DNA of 64,000 bases from a bacterium (GCA_963663405.2 CAXXSM010000021.1:76519-140518); one strand, 5' to 3'; positions 32,257 to 44,175 are shown, counted from the first letter of the stretch. The notes: generated from the letters alone by a model not told the origin. Translations and numbers: made by a program.

Positions 32257-33696
32257 TTAGAAATACTCGGGATCACCTTTGTACTGGCGGTCTCTCCTTA
32301 CATCATGAGATTCATATTGATAATGTACTCCTTTCACGATATGAACTTTGACCGATTCAAGATCGATACGCAGCGTCTCGTGTCGGAAATCATTGTCATG
32401 AGTATCATCCATGGCGTGAGCAAAATCAATAGCGGATGAAATGAAATTCTCCTGGTCTACTTCGTCTTTTTCATTGGCTGATCTCTCATAAGGAACACTT
32501 TCGAACACGTCGTAATCGATTTCCCATCCATCTTCGTACATGTTGCCCGTGCTCGCCTCGATTTTAGTTCCCTTCGGGATATCCATCTCTTTGACGCGCG
32601 CCGCCTTGTGAAAGAGCACGACATTTAGGACGTCTCCTTCAATTTGGACTGATGGATACAATATACCATCGAGAACAGGTTCGTTCTCAGTTGCCAAGAA
32701 ATCAGCAATCGCTTGTGTCGGAAGGTATTCGAAATCTTGGTCGTCCGGCATGATCGGTCTGATCATACGCTGGTAAAGGGAAAGCAGGAACGTTGCGTAT
32801 TCTAACCGAGTGGCTAATCCGGGATCAAATACACTTCCACCCTCAACCACTTTTCCCAGGGCTGTGAGATCAAGCAATCGAAGGGGACGGATGATATCGA
32901 AGCGAGCGACTGCGACATGGCTACCCACTGGCGGTCGAACTTCAGCAATCGCAACATCTGGATTGTTTGCTCCATAGAAAACTGATATGCCATGAGCATT
33001 CATTCTTCCAGCGCTCGCTAGGGGAGCTGGAGGGGGACCAATATGAAGGTCTGGACGGCAAAGCGCTTCCTTAAGCCTTTCTTCTGACTGGAAGATACGC
33101 GCCCGATAGATTGCGGTAATATTGGTCTCCGGTCCAGCATCAATAACCAGCGGCTTGCCATCGGTTGAAGACATTTTTTCAATTCCGCTGAAAATCGACA
33201 ATAGACATTCTTTCCGGATAAAGAAGCGTGATTCAGTCTTCAATGAACGTTCGAAGGAGCGCCACTGCTCTTGCCACGTGTAATCATCGGTCCTAATTTC
33301 CTCATAGTAGGATTCTGAATTGAATTCGGACTCATAACCATCTTTACGGGCACTATAATCGAAGTGCTCATCTTCCAGGATGGCTTGGATGTCTTGTGCT
33401 GCAGACTCCGGGATGTCTGCAGCATTCATGATTGCATACACTACCTGCTCGCCGTCACGTTCCCATCCGCCAAAGGGACTGGGTTCTTCTGGAGTCCTTC
33501 TGTAGTGTTGTTTGAAGGCTTTCTCCATAAGCTCAGCCATATACTTAATCGTGTACGACTTGGCTATACTTTCGCAGTAGGAGCATTGTTTACGTTGACC
33601 ATTCCTACGCACTTTGCCACTTAAGTATTTATCATTGATGCACTTATAGCAGATCCATTTCGCCTTCAATTCATCAATGCTGTCATTCTCATCCAT
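32257..33696 (-). CDS. RES domain protein with N-terminal CxxC...CxxC region
   Basis: YRAR, GRMNAHGISVFY, AEVRP, EYLPTQAIADFL and GILYPS motifs. Confidence 0.88.
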   Translation of the reverse strand: MDENDSIDELKAKWICYKCINDKYLSGKVRRNGQRKQCSYCESIAKSYTIKYMAELMEKAFKQHYRRTPEEPSPFGGWERDGEQVVYAIMNAADIPESAAQDIQAILEDEHFDYSARKDGYESEFNSESYYEEIRTDDYTWQEQWRSFERSLKTESRFFIRKECLLSIFSGIEKMSSTDGKPLVIDAGPETNITAIYRARIFQSEERLKEALCRPDLHIGPPPAPLASAGRMNAHGISVFYGANNPDVAIAEVRPPVGSHVAVARFDIIRPLRLLDLTALGKVVEGGSVFDPGLATRLEYATFLLSLYQRMIRPIMPDDQDFEYLPTQAIADFLATENEPVLDGILYPSVQIEGDVLNVVLFHKAARVKEMDIPKGTKIEASTGNMYEDGWEIDYDVFESVPYERSANEKDEVDQENFISSAIDFAHAMDDTHDNDFRHETLRIDLESVKVHIVKGVHYQYESHDVRRDRQYKGDPEYF

Positions 33697-33868
33697 TTAT
33701 CCATCTGCCCTATATCAATCAGAGAAGGTTATCAGCGAATATCTTACATTATTTTATAGCCGATTCTAAAAGTTAAAGCTAAATTTAAATATATAAACTT
33801 TTTCTCCTATTTGTTTTTCTTATAAATATGTTATGAGATAGTTGACTTTTGTTGATTGAGAAATTGCA

Positions 33869-34093
33869 TTAGATATTGAATAATTTGTTATAATGCGCCA
33901 TACACTTGATCCAAAAGATGCAATGAGGGTTCATATCCAACCACCCGCCTGTAAAACAGCCGAGAATTCCACACATCGCACATCTAAATCCTATATAGAA
34001 CCATCGAACAGCGCCTATATCTTCGTTGAGAGAACATCCAACACCAACATTTGCCAATATAGAAGCGGGCATTATACACTGCCTATATTCCAT
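33869..34093 (-). pseudogene. Truncated/frameshifted small Cys-containing gene remnant
   Basis: RWFYIGFRCAMCGILGCF continues in another frame as GYEPSLHLLDQV. Confidence 0.4.
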
Positions 34094-34108
34094 TAAGGTT
34101 TTCTGTGA

Positions 34109-35041
34109 TCACTTTGTCCAGTCTGGATCGTAGATATCTCCTGCTGGTGAAGCTAACCAGATAGCCTTACCGCCGTCTTTGTTGATTTGGAAGATCTCTA
34201 GATTGGCTGGTTTCGCTTGTGTGGCGATCGCGAGCGATTTGGAATCAGGTGACCAAGCGGGTCTGCTGATCTCATAATCAACTCGTCCATTTTCATTGCT
34301 GATTTGTCGTTGGTCAGAACCATCGGGATTCATCAAGAACACTTCCCAATATCCCGTCCGTGTAGACCAAAACGCTATCGCTTTGCCATCCGGTGACCAG
34401 GTTGGAAGCCAATCGTCTGCACGATCGTATGTCAGGCGCCGGCAGTGGGAACCATCTCTATTCATGACATGGATATTCCAATCCTCATCCTTCTGGCAAT
34501 GAAATACGATCTGTTCCCCGTCCGGAGACCAATGCGGATAGGTTTCTGTATAGGGGCTGTTAGTCACATTCTGAGGGGAACCCCCATCAATGGGAACAAC
34601 AAAAATCTCAAAATTAATAAGATCCCATTCATGATACGCGATAAACTTGCCGTCCGGCGACCATGCGGGCCCACCGGTATAAGAACGATGATTTGATAGT
34701 TGTTGGAGATTGGAACCATCGGCGTTCACAATGTAGATTTCAGAGATTTCTTTGATCTCTCTCGAAAAGGCGATATGCCGACCGTCCGGTGACCAACACG
34801 GCTCATAGTCATTTCCCCGATGATCCGTAAGCCGGCGAATATCGGTCCCATCGGCTTTCATCGAGTAGATGTTCTTTATCCCGTGACTGCTCGAATTGAA
34901 AACAATTCTATTTCGCGCTGACAAAATTCTTTTTTCGAGAGTTACACTTTTAATGGGTGGATACTGATAACTGCATCCAGTAACGAACATGAATAGACTT
35001 AGCAGTATGATGGCGGAGACAGGAATAATTTTCTGAAACAT
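34109..35041 (-). CDS. TolB-like PD40-repeat lipoprotein
   Basis: Lipobox VTGC, repeated PxWSPDG and GAGGAG RBS. Confidence 0.85.
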   Translation of the reverse strand: MFQKIIPVSAIILLSLFMFVTGCSYQYPPIKSVTLEKRILSARNRIVFNSSSHGIKNIYSMKADGTDIRRLTDHRGNDYEPCWSPDGRHIAFSREIKEISEIYIVNADGSNLQQLSNHRSYTGGPAWSPDGKFIAYHEWDLINFEIFVVPIDGGSPQNVTNSPYTETYPHWSPDGEQIVFHCQKDEDWNIHVMNRDGSHCRRLTYDRADDWLPTWSPDGKAIAFWSTRTGYWEVFLMNPDGSDQRQISNENGRVDYEISRPAWSPDSKSLAIATQAKPANLEIFQINKDGGKAIWLASPAGDIYDPDWTK

Positions 35042-35496
35042 TGAACGTGTCCTCCTCGATGCGCTTAAATTGTGGATGAATCATCATTCAAAAAAAGACT
35101 TGCTGGACTATTATTCACGGAACATAAGTTCACCGATCAAATTTCCTTTTGAGTGATGTATACGTACTATTCCATATCTATGTTATTAAATGGTTTTTTA
35201 ATTTATGATAAATTTTCTTGAAAATCAAGTAAAATCTGAAAGATATTCACGAAACAACAATAATTGTTCGAAATACTTTTTGGTGTTTAATCATTGAATT
35301 CAAGGAAAATGATAACGGTTAGTGAATGAATTACAAATTTTCTTTTGGGATGGATTGAACGGGATCTCTTAACAATTTTAGAGCAAACAGCAAGGTGGTC
35401 TCAATTTGCGACCACCTTGAAAAACGCAAGTTCTCCAAGGCTCTCCCTCTCGTTTTAGAGGACTATGCGTCCGAGTTCATGGGCTTATTGAAAATC

Positions 35497-36125
35497 CTAC
35501 ATGTCCCATTGGTTCAGGTCGACGACCATAGAGTATCGTTCGTTCACTCCGTATATTTCCTTAGTCGCCGAACAGGCTTCTTCTGATCTGAACACGGTGA
35601 ATCCGAGTTTCTCCCAGAAGGCTTGGCCGGACTTCTGCTCGTTGAGGAAGCCATTGGCGATACTGGGCAAGACAAGGTGTACTTCCATTCGGCTCCAGCC
35701 GTGAGTCTTCCCCCAGCGCAGCGAATGCAGCATGAGATTTGTGCCGATACCTTTTCTCCTAAATCTGTCGTTTCGGACAATCGAGATGCAATTGTGGATA
35801 AGTGTCTTGGGCGCGGCGTCTTCGTCTGTGCCCCACCCATAGAACGGATATCTCGGGCGATCTCGCGAGGGAAGAAGTTGTTGTATCCAAGAATCCTGCC
35901 TTTGCGCCAAGCCACAAAACCGCAGCAACCGAAGCGCTTGATCGTGTCACGATACAGCCCCTCGAGCAGATCCCGGTTACCAGGCGCGAACTTCCCGCAG
36001 CACTCGGCGAGACTGCCACAGCCGTGTTCCGGCTCAAGCGCAGCGGGATCGAGAGGATTACTTGCGGACATACATCGGTCCGGCAGCCATTCAGCGGGTG
36101 AGATTGCCCGGATTTCGTAGTCCAT
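35497..36125 (-). CDS. GNAT family N-acetyltransferase, one frameshift near 35850
   Basis: MDYEIRAIS...; FRRKGIGTNLM acetyl-CoA motif A and FWEKLGF. Confidence 0.7.
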
Positions 36126-36296
36126 TCCGCCGCTCCCAATATTAGAATTACACATACTCACCTTACACCCACATCCGCTCCAACCCGGCGGCGCGGCGGG
36201 CGTTGGCCAATTGACCGCGGCGCCTATACCAATGGCTGGAGGCGAATTGCAGACAGAGGCGGTGTTCACGCCGTCCCTTGCGCTAGCTTGTTATCC

Positions 36297-36692
36297 TTAT
36301 TTCTTATTGAACTCAATGAGTTCCACTGGGGCTCCGTTGTCGATGAACATTGCCACTCTTACGCCTTCAGAGGGGCTGCTAATGTCTCCAAGTAGTTCTT
36401 TGCCCTCTATCTCTTTATCAAGATCATCCACTTCAAATGCAATGTGGGGGATCGTTTTGATGAGCTCAGAAATTGGGCTGTCTTTTTCGAAACGCATCCA
36501 TTCGATTCCATATGGACTTGTTTCAAAGCCGGAAACATACATCCCGTAGTCTGCAATGTACTTTTCTCCGGGGCGAGGCGCATCGATAGGAATCCCCATA
36601 TGATGGTAACGCCAACCTTGTTTAGTGACAGCAGGCGCCTCATAGTCTAATCTTTTATTTGGATTGTCATAAGAATTTTGGTTTTCTAACAT
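36297..36692 (-). CDS. VOC/glyoxalase-like protein
   Basis: YHHMGIP, PHIAFEVDDL and GAPVELIEF motifs. Confidence 0.8.
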   Translation of the reverse strand: MLENQNSYDNPNKRLDYEAPAVTKQGWRYHHMGIPIDAPRPGEKYIADYGMYVSGFETSPYGIEWMRFEKDSPISELIKTIPHIAFEVDDLDKEIEGKELLGDISSPSEGVRVAMFIDNGAPVELIEFNKK

Positions 36693-36742
36693 GATTGTGA
36701 TTCCATAGGATGAGCAGTATATTTAATGTTTTCCAGTGTTCA

Positions 36743-37204
36743 TCAGGGCGTCTGGTTTTTCGCCATGTTGGCTGGCCTATGGTGTATGGCGATATATGAT
36801 TCGGCAATACATTCAAAGGTAGTATCGTGGAATGAAAGAATGAAATGCCGTTTCCCGGACATGAATCGCTCTTTGTTATGAAACGGGTGAACTGCATTGA
36901 TCTTTTCAAGCGATCTGATCCAAGAAGATCCAATTATTTCAAATGCGCCGTAAGGATGCAGACCTTTAGGATAAAGCGGATGCCCATGAAAAGCCTCATC
37001 ATTGGGTGGTCCAAAAAGATGCGCATAGGGTCGATTGAATCGAACTGTAGCCGTCTCATCTAGTTCTGAATGATCATCTTGAATATAATATTTCACGACT
37101 AGCGTCTGTTCGTCTGCCATTATCTCTGGGCACGGCGCGCCGGTACAGGATTGAGGAATGTCGTTCAATTCCTTAATTTCATCATTCTGATCAACTTGAT
37201 ACAT
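36743..37204 (-). CDS. Conserved hypothetical protein
   Basis: FGPPNDEAFHGHPLY and HFILSFHDTTFECIA motifs; AGAGG RBS. Confidence 0.75.
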   Translation of the reverse strand: MYQVDQNDEIKELNDIPQSCTGAPCPEIMADEQTLVVKYYIQDDHSELDETATVRFNRPYAHLFGPPNDEAFHGHPLYPKGLHPYGAFEIIGSSWIRSLEKINAVHPFHNKERFMSGKRHFILSFHDTTFECIAESYIAIHHRPANMAKNQTP

Positions 37205-37395
37205 CTCGCGCCTCTTTACTAGCGGATAAATTTTCCAACAGATTTCTGAAATTTATGCTACATTCCTTTATTGGTCAAGTCAAATGTAAACTTATAACGA
37301 TAAAAGGCAATTCCGCGTTATCCTCACAAACCAATCTACCTTCGTCTTCTCTGATAGGATTCTTGTTTGGATTAACAAGAAAACGTTGTGTATAT

Positions 37396-37438
37396 AATCC
37401 TGCATATCCTGTTAATCCTGTATATCCAGATTCAGACA
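37396..37438. repeat. Half copy of the ATCCTG-periodic element
   Basis: aatcctgcatatcctgttaatcctgtatatccagattcagaca matches the right end of 27655-27782. Confidence 0.65.
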
Positions 37439-37460
37439 ATGAATATTCAGAAACCCTAAA

Positions 37461-37494
37461 AAAGGAAAGCCGGAGGTAAACAAAGCCTCCGGCT
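37461..37494 (-). terminator. Intrinsic terminator
   Basis: AGCCGGAGG/CCTCCGGCT hairpin with a T-rich tail on the minus strand. Confidence 0.6.
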
Positions 37495-37528
37495 GGAAGG
37501 GGAATTATTGCATTGATGTTGGATTAAT

Positions 37529-38319
37529 TTACTGTCGCTGTCCTCTTTGGCCTTGCCCTTGCCCGCCTTGACCGCCACGGCCTTGGAAGCGCTGCCGCAT
37601 TTGTTCGCGCTCTTCATCCATTTTCGCTTGTTCTTCTTCGGCTTTGGCTTTCCAGGCTTCCTGCTGTTCGCTCGTTAGGACTTCGTTAGACTGCTCTTGG
37701 AATTTGGCTCCGAGCGTTTCCATTTTCTTTTGCATTTCTTCGAAGCCTTCCGGTGGTCCACCGGGGCCGCCTTGGCCACGGCCGGCTCCACGCGCGGGTT
37801 GAATTTCCTGCATGCCTGTTCCATACGCGAGAGCGATTTCCTGCAGTTTGGCGTGTGTTGTTCGTCTTTAAGATCAAGAAGCCGGAGCGTTCGGAGTTCG
37901 GCGGTGGAGCGAATGCCGAATGCGGAAAGGAACGGTTTAATCGCTTTGAGTTCTTTTTCACTCAGAATCTCTTTCAGCGCTTTGGCCTGTTCCTCGCTCT
38001 GTTCTTCGCGGACTTTCTGCATGGCTTCCCGGCGTTCTTCGCGGGACATATCCCGCATGCTTTCAAAACTTTCCCGCATGCTTTCGGCGAATTTTTCCTG
38101 CAGAGCCGATAGAGCCTTTTCGACTTTTTCCCCGCGTTCAGCGTTCAATACGAGAAGGTTACAGACTGTATCCGCCGCTGACTGCCGGCCGAACATACCG
38201 CCTGGACCTCCACCCGGTCCACCCCGCATGCCGCCCTGACGTCCCTGGGCGAACGAGGTAGTAATGCCGATCCCAAAAACAAGCGCTGTCACTGCCATAA
38301 TGGAAACTGCTTTTTTCAT
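37529..38319 (-). CDS. Secreted Gly/Arg/Glu-rich helical protein (Spy/CpxP-like), frameshifted
   Basis: AAAGGAG RBS, signal peptide and LTSEQ motif; ORF pieces 37675-38358 and 37529-37813. Confidence 0.65.
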
Positions 38320-38593
38320 GTTACATACTCCTTTTCTGTAAAAACAGATGGGATTCACTACGCGATCTAATCACTTATACGTTATTGTCGAGTACTTATT
38401 GAAAGGAGTTCCTTTTTTTTATCGCGACTCATGTTAAATGGGTAAAAAAGGGATTTTTTTACATAATATCTGCCATTTTCTCTGAAAAAGTCTACTTTTA
38501 GTCTATATAGAAGAAGAAAACCGATGGTGGGATGGTTGTAAGGGCTTGATAAAGTAAAACTTTCCTTTAATAGTAGTGATTATCACGCTGCGT

Positions 38594-38860
38594 TCAGGAG
38601 TGATTTTCTCTATTATGGGCTTCGTAGTAGGTTCGTAGAATCGCATTGATCCGGGTTTGATATCCGGGACCTTGATTTTTAAGCCATTCCAGAACATCTT
38701 CATCCAACCGGATGGTCAATTGCTTTTTTCCAGGCGGTATCACAACCCGCGCTTCTTTAAAGAACGCGTCATCAAGTTCCGGGATATCACTATAGTCGAT
38801 CTCCTCGTCGCTCATTGCGTCAATGCGTTCCAAGTCGCTCTTGATAGATTTTTTGCTCAT
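38594..38860 (-). CDS. brnA: BrnA family antitoxin
   Basis: IDYSDIPEL and TIRLDEDVLEWLK..GPGYQTRINAIL motifs. Confidence 0.9.
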   Translation of the reverse strand: MSKKSIKSDLERIDAMSDEEIDYSDIPELDDAFFKEARVVIPPGKKQLTIRLDEDVLEWLKNQGPGYQTRINAILRTYYEAHNRENHS

Positions 38861-39094
38861 GTTTGTTTGCCTTTCTCATTGAGATGATCCGTGTTTTTTC
38901 CCCGCGTTCTGTATGCGCAATAATCACCACACGGCCTTCCAGTATACCAGGGTTATATATCGGTATTCGCCGTAGTCATACCGTCTATCTTCAAATGTTA
39001 TGCATGGACCAGTAAACACAATCTCTGCATCCTCAAAACTTAGGCCATGCTTTAAAATATTTATCTGGTTCTTTTCTTCATCCCATTCGTACAT
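38820..39094 (-). CDS. brnT: BrnT family toxin, absent from ORF track, one frameshift near 38950
   Basis: Manual translation gives MYEWDEEKNQINILKHGLSFEDA...DYGEYRYITL/ILEGRVVIIAHTERGEKTRIISMRKAN. Confidence 0.85.
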
Positions 39095-39225
39095 GGCACG
39101 GACTTTCTATGTAACTACAAATGTACCTACATATGGTGAATTTGTCAACAAAAAAAGGAAAAAAAGAAATATGCTTTGCTGCTATTAACACTGTTATCTT
39201 GGCCGCATAACTTACTGGAGATAAA

Positions 39226-39261
39226 GCCAGGGCAGAAAAAAGCCTTGCCCTGGGTACCCAC
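39226..39261 (-). repeat. REP-like hairpin, copy 3
   Basis: Minus strand reads GTGG-GTACCCAGGGCAAGGC-TTTTTT-CTGCCCTGGC. Confidence 0.6.
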
Positions 39262-39276
39262 TCTGATTCTCTCCGA

Positions 39277-40839
39277 TCAGTCAATTGTCAAAACGACAAC
39301 TGATTTTGGCGGGAGGTTGGCGGTTAGGCGGCCTTCTTCGATTTTAGGGGATGAGAAGGGGGTGGGTTTGACGGTTTCCGGGTTGTCGAATGTGTTGTGG
39401 GCTGTGATCGTGTCCGCGGTCAAGACGCGGCCTGTTACGTTCTCCGCTTTGGAGCCGCGCAGTTCGCAGTCGAGGGGAATTCTATTGTCCGGATCGAAAT
39501 TGCAGATTGTGAGATGGATCTTTCCCTCTTCATCCTTCGAAGCGGAAACGTTAAGAGCGGGGATTTTATCGCCGCCGAATTCATAATCCGCGCATTTTAG
39601 TTCGATCGGAAGCAGTTCCGCGCCATGATGAACGGTGTACATTTCATAAACATGGTACGTAGGAGTCAGGAGCGTCTTCTCTTCTTTGGTCAGAACCATC
39701 GCTTGGAGGACGTTGATCGTTTGCGCGATGTTCGCCATTTTGACGCGGTCACAGTGTTGGTTCAATATATTGAGCGTCAAACCAGCTACCAGCGCGTCGC
39801 GCAAAGAATTCTGTTGGTAGAGGAATCCAGGATTTGTGCCCGGCTCCACTTCATGCCACGCGCCCCACTCATCGACGATCAACCCGACTCTCTTTTGGGG
39901 ATCGAATTGGTCCATGATCTCCGAATGGCCGGTGAGGATCTCATCCATATCGAGCGCTCTCTTGATCTGCGCAAACCAGTCCTCTTCCTCAAACTTGGTC
40001 GCTGAGCGGCTGTTTTTGCCTGTGCCACAATAATAATGAAGGCTTAGCCCGTTCATATTCCGTCCTGCTTCTTTCATCAGCGTTTCGGTCCATTCGTACC
40101 GTCTCCCGTAGGAGCCACAGGCGATTTTATAAATGCGGTTGCCGGAGAAATCGCGCAGGTAGGTTTGGTAACGGCGATAAAGATCGGCGTAATAGTCTGA
40201 TTTCATATTGCCGCCGCAGCCCCAACTTTCGTTCCCAACGCCCCAATATTTTACTTTCCAAGGCTTATCGCGCCCATTTGCGCGTCGGAGATCGGCCATG
40301 GGGCTTTCGCCGCCGAAAGTGACGTACTCAACCCACTGCTGCATTTCCAACACCGACCCGCTTCCCACGTTTCCGCAGATATAGGGCTCGCATCCCAGCT
40401 GTTCGCAGAGATCGAGAAACTCATGCGTTCCGAAATGGTTGTTCTCTGTAACTTTGCCCCAATGAGTGTTCACCATAGGGGGGCGTTGGTTTTTGGGGCC
40501 GATACCATCTTGCCAGTGATATTCATCGGCGAAACAACCGCCCGGCCAGCGTAAGACAGGAATCTTGATCTTTTTTAAGGCTTCGACGATATCGGTTCGA
40601 ATACCGCGAATGTTGGGGATGGAACTGTCTTCGCCGACCCAGATACCTCCATAGATGCACCCGCCCAGGTGTTCGGCGAAGTGACCGTAGATATTGCGGT
40701 CAATCGTCCCGGCGCTTTCATCGGTTTTAACGATCAATTGGTTCTGCGTGGCGCCGCTGGTATTTACGAACAACAGCGTGAGCGCTGATACAAAAAAGGC
40801 GGTTTTATAGAAGACCGCCGTCTTCCTTCTGCGATTCAT
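39277..40839 (-). CDS. Alpha-L-arabinofuranosidase, GH51, secreted
   Basis: [25 protein letters not shown] and DEWGAW motifs. Confidence 0.93.
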   Translation of the reverse strand: MNRRRKTAVFYKTAFFVSALTLLFVNTSGATQNQLIVKTDESAGTIDRNIYGHFAEHLGGCIYGGIWVGEDSSIPNIRGIRTDIVEALKKIKIPVLRWPGGCFADEYHWQDGIGPKNQRPPMVNTHWGKVTENNHFGTHEFLDLCEQLGCEPYICGNVGSGSVLEMQQWVEYVTFGGESPMADLRRANGRDKPWKVKYWGVGNESWGCGGNMKSDYYADLYRRYQTYLRDFSGNRIYKIACGSYGRRYEWTETLMKEAGRNMNGLSLHYYCGTGKNSRSATKFEEEDWFAQIKRALDMDEILTGHSEIMDQFDPQKRVGLIVDEWGAWHEVEPGTNPGFLYQQNSLRDALVAGLTLNILNQHCDRVKMANIAQTINVLQAMVLTKEEKTLLTPTYHVYEMYTVHHGAELLPIELKCADYEFGGDKIPALNVSASKDEEGKIHLTICNFDPDNRIPLDCELRGSKAENVTGRVLTADTITAHNTFDNPETVKPTPFSSPKIEEGRLTANLPPKSVVVLTID

Positions 40840-40952
40840 GTTCTTCTCCTCCATACGAATAAACATTAAGTTAAAATGAAGAACCATTCTCTCATAATTG
40901 TGGTTGTGCTTTAAAGGGTGATCGTCTGAGTTTGAGAAAATTTAAGTGGCTA

Positions 40953-42953
40953 TTAGGCTGGATCGGGGATCGGGAAGGCTCCTCCAAGGGTAGACGGCGG
41001 TGTGTCTTCCGTTTTGGAGGGAGTGGTTTCCGTGGATTCGGTTTCTTCTGGGAGAGGAGGCGCTTCCTGCGGAGTTCCGGCGCTATCCGAACCGGTGTCC
41101 GTTGATGTTTTCGAGCGTTTTGCTTCCGTCTCACTGATGATCGATTTGACTTCATCGGCGCTGAGCACTTCTTTTTTCAGAAGCGCATGAGCCAGCGCTT
41201 CGAGGACATCTTGATTCTCGGTCAGGATGTTTTTCGCTCGATGGAGACACTCATCAACAATCTGCCGGACTTCTTTGTCGATCTCGAAAGCGATTTCTTC
41301 GCTGTATTCACGGTCTTTGTACAGGTCGCGTCCAAGAAAGACCTGGTTTTCATTCAATCCAAATGTAAGAGGGCCGAGTTTTTCGCTCATGCCGAATTGG
41401 CAGACCATTTTGTGGGCGATATCGGTCACACGTTCCAAGTCATTCTGCGCGCCGGTTGTCACATCGCCGATGATGAGATCCTCGGCGACGCGGCCTCCAA
41501 GAAGAGAGGACATGCGGGCGAGAAGCTCGGCTTTACTCGTTAGATACCGGTCTTCGACTGGAAGATGCATCGTGTAACCCAACGCCCGGCCGCGGGGGAG
41601 GATCGAGACTTTATGAACTGGATCGATCTCATCGATATAATGACCCGCGATGGCGTGTCCGGCTTCGTGGAAGGCGACAATGCGTTTCTCTTTTTCGGTG
41701 ATTGTCCGGCTTTTTCGTTCCGGGCCCGCCGTAACCCGCTCGATGGCTTCTTCAAGGTCCTCCATGTCTACAGCGTCTTTGCTCCGTCGGGCGGCGAGGA
41801 GAGCGGCTTCATTGACCGCGTTGGACAAATCGGCGCCGGAGAATCCTGGAGTGCGCTGGGCGAGGACTTTCATATCGACCTCTTTGGCGACGACGACGTT
41901 TTGGGTATGCACCTCCATGATTTTCTTCCGCCCTACGAGATCGGGCAAGTCGATGACGATCTGCCGGTCAAAGCGGCCTGGACGCAATAAGGCGGGATCG
42001 AGCACATCGGGCCGGTTGGTGGCGGCGATCAGGATCACCTCTTCTTTTGTATTGAAACCGTCCATTTCGACGAGGAGCTGGTTCAATGTCTGTTCGCGTT
42101 CGTCGTGGCCTCCACCGACGCCGGCGAACCGCTGACGCCCCACCGCGTCGATTTCATCCATAAAAATAAGGCAGGGGGCGTGTTTTTTCCCCTGCTCAAA
42201 AAGATCGCGCACGCGGGACGCGCCCACACCGACGAACATTTCGACGAAATCCGAACCACTGATGCTGAAAAATGGGACATTCGCTTCTCCAGCAATGGCG
42301 CGGGCCATCAACGTTTTTCCCGTGCCCGGCGGTCCATGTAGGAGAACACCATGTGGAATTTTCCCGCCCAGTTTTTGAAATTTCCCGGGATCTTTCAGAA
42401 ATTCGACAATTTCTTGGAGTTCTTCTTTCGCTTCGTCACAGCCTGCGACTTCGTTGAATGTAACTTTGGGTTGGTTGTCGCTATTGAGCCGCGCCCGGCT
42501 TTTACCGAATGACATGGCTTTGCTGCCCCCGATCTGCATTTGACGCATGATGAAAATCCAGACGCCGATTAGCAAAATCACAGGGAGAAGCGTAGTAAAA
42601 ATGCCCATCATCCAGCCGCTGTTGGGACTGGATGAGTATTTAAAATCCTTGTGTTTTTCCCCATAGGTTTTGATGGCGTTGTTGATTTGCCTGTCCTGCG
42701 TTTCGGAGGCGGAGTCGTACGTGACTTCGTAAAGTTTCTTCTTATTCTCGCTATCTCCCAGAGCGATAAACTGCCCCGTGACTTTGGTGGGATAAATCAC
42801 GGCGGTAAGAAGTTTGTATTCCGCGTCGTTTTTAAGCACAGCGAAAAATTCTGACAATTCCCATTCGCGCGGCTGTTCCGTTTGGAACTGGCTGACCAAT
42901 AAAATGATGATGACCAGCAAAAGGCCGTAAAAGACTATCGTTCGGTTAAACAA
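40953..42953 (-). CDS. ftsH: ATP-dependent zinc metalloprotease FtsH
   Basis: Two TM segments, [12 protein letters not shown] and HEAGH; exact start uncertain. Confidence 0.96.
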   Translation of the reverse strand: MFNRTIVFYGLLLVIIILLVSQFQTEQPREWELSEFFAVLKNDAEYKLLTAVIYPTKVTGQFIALGDSENKKKLYEVTYDSASETQDRQINNAIKTYGEKHKDFKYSSSPNSGWMMGIFTTLLPVILLIGVWIFIMRQMQIGGSKAMSFGKSRARLNSDNQPKVTFNEVAGCDEAKEELQEIVEFLKDPGKFQKLGGKIPHGVLLHGPPGTGKTLMARAIAGEANVPFFSISGSDFVEMFVGVGASRVRDLFEQGKKHAPCLIFMDEIDAVGRQRFAGVGGGHDEREQTLNQLLVEMDGFNTKEEVILIAATNRPDVLDPALLRPGRFDRQIVIDLPDLVGRKKIMEVHTQNVVVAKEVDMKVLAQRTPGFSGADLSNAVNEAALLAARRSKDAVDMEDLEEAIERVTAGPERKSRTITEKEKRIVAFHEAGHAIAGHYIDEIDPVHKVSILPRGRALGYTMHLPVEDRYLTSKAELLARMSSLLGGRVAEDLIIGDVTTGAQNDLERVTDIAHKMVCQFGMSEKLGPLTFGLNENQVFLGRDLYKDREYSEEIAFEIDKEVRQIVDECLHRAKNILTENQDVLEALAHALLKKEVLSADEVKSIISETEAKRSKTSTDTGSDSAGTPQEAPPLPEETESTETTPSKTEDTPPSTLGGAFPIPDPA

Positions 42954-43310
42954 GATCCGCGTTCCTCTTTAGTTTTTTTTCGATCGTTTATTGTTATCTT
43001 GAACCACGGCGATTGGTTATGGCTCTTCCCGCAATAAATCCCCATGATTCTAAATAGTATTTTAACTGTTAAAGGGCCTTTCTGTTACCACTTGGATTGA
43101 TAATACCATCTTAAATCTTTCGAATTCTCTGTCAAGCAAAGACCTGAAAGATATGACGATTCAATTCGTATCCCTGTTAATCGTTTAAAAATTGACGTCT
43201 CAGCCGTGTGGCGCAGCTCGTCTGTATTGTTTTACGGTTTCCAGGATGATTGTATTTCTTTTGTTGTTTCCCCTTGATTAATAATACCGAACCGCGTTTA
43301 ATCGCATTTA

Positions 43311-43346
43311 GTAATACATAATTATTTTTCGTGTTACTCTTAAAAT
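43311..43346 (+). promoter_or_regulatory. Second NikR-like operator, with adjacent -10 element
   Basis: GTAATAC-N13-GTGTTAC at 43311-43337; TAAAAT at 43341-43346. Confidence 0.6.
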
Positions 43347-43368
43347 CAAGAATAGGAGTTTATAAACG

Positions 43369-44175
43369 ATGAAGGTTTCGTCTATCTATTTCATTCTCGT
43401 TTCGGTTCTGTTCCTTGTCTCTTCGGCGAATGGGCAAGAGATTACGCCGATCGGCGATATTAACGCCGTCGATGAGGAAGGGAACGCTATTTTCGCAGGG
43501 CTTCAGACCATGGATCAATATACGATCGAAGGAATTGCGTTAAACGATCCAGGGATCTACTGGGGCGGAGAAGGGGAGAGGAGTGATTTTATTCTATACG
43601 TTCAGGATGATACGGGCGGCATTCAGGTTTACTCGGGGGGATGGTATGGTGGTGGAATTGAGAGTTATGCGGACACACCGGTCCAGCAGGGGGATCGTGT
43701 CCGCGTAACCGGATTGACAGGAAGTTATGGTGGCAAGACCAATGTGAATGAACGCCATAATCCCGATCAGAAGTTTGTGATTGAAAACCTTGGATACGTT
43801 GGCGATCCCGAACCGTTGATTATTGAAGATCTGACCGCCGCTTCGCAGTTTGATTCCACCCGGCAAACCGGAGGTGAATACTATCAAGGCCGTCTGGTAA
43901 AATTAATGAACGTGCAGATCGTCGATGGGGAATGGGGAAGCGGCGCGATGTTGACTGTTGCGGATTCAATGGGGGGAACATTCCCCGTTGAACTACGCGC
44001 TTCGACGGGTATCGGCGACTATCCCGCGCCGGAAGGAACCTTCGATGTTGTGGGCGTATTCAACCAAGAAGATGAGGAAGCGCCTTATATCGATAACTAT
44101 TTACTCTGGCCGCGCTCGATTGAAGACTTTGGTTTGGAGGCCAGTTCCGCTGATGATTGGGATCTGTACAAATAG
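43369..44175 (+). CDS. Secreted acidic OB-fold-like protein
   Basis: Signal peptide; LYVQDDTGGIQV, GDRVRVTG and GRLVKLMNV; ends SSADDWDLYK. Confidence 0.75.
   Translation: MKVSSIYFILVSVLFLVSSANGQEITPIGDINAVDEEGNAIFAGLQTMDQYTIEGIALNDPGIYWGGEGERSDFILYVQDDTGGIQVYSGGWYGGGIESYADTPVQQGDRVRVTGLTGSYGGKTNVNERHNPDQKFVIENLGYVGDPEPLIIEDLTAASQFDSTRQTGGEYYQGRLVKLMNVQIVDGEWGSGAMLTVADSMGGTFPVELRASTGIGDYPAPEGTFDVVGVFNQEDEEAPYIDNYLLWPRSIEDFGLEASSADDWDLYK

Noticed and set aside
38820-39094. Orphan BrnA antitoxin or inactivated toxin
   Set aside because: brnT is present upstream, and its single frameshift fits the window-wide indel error pattern.
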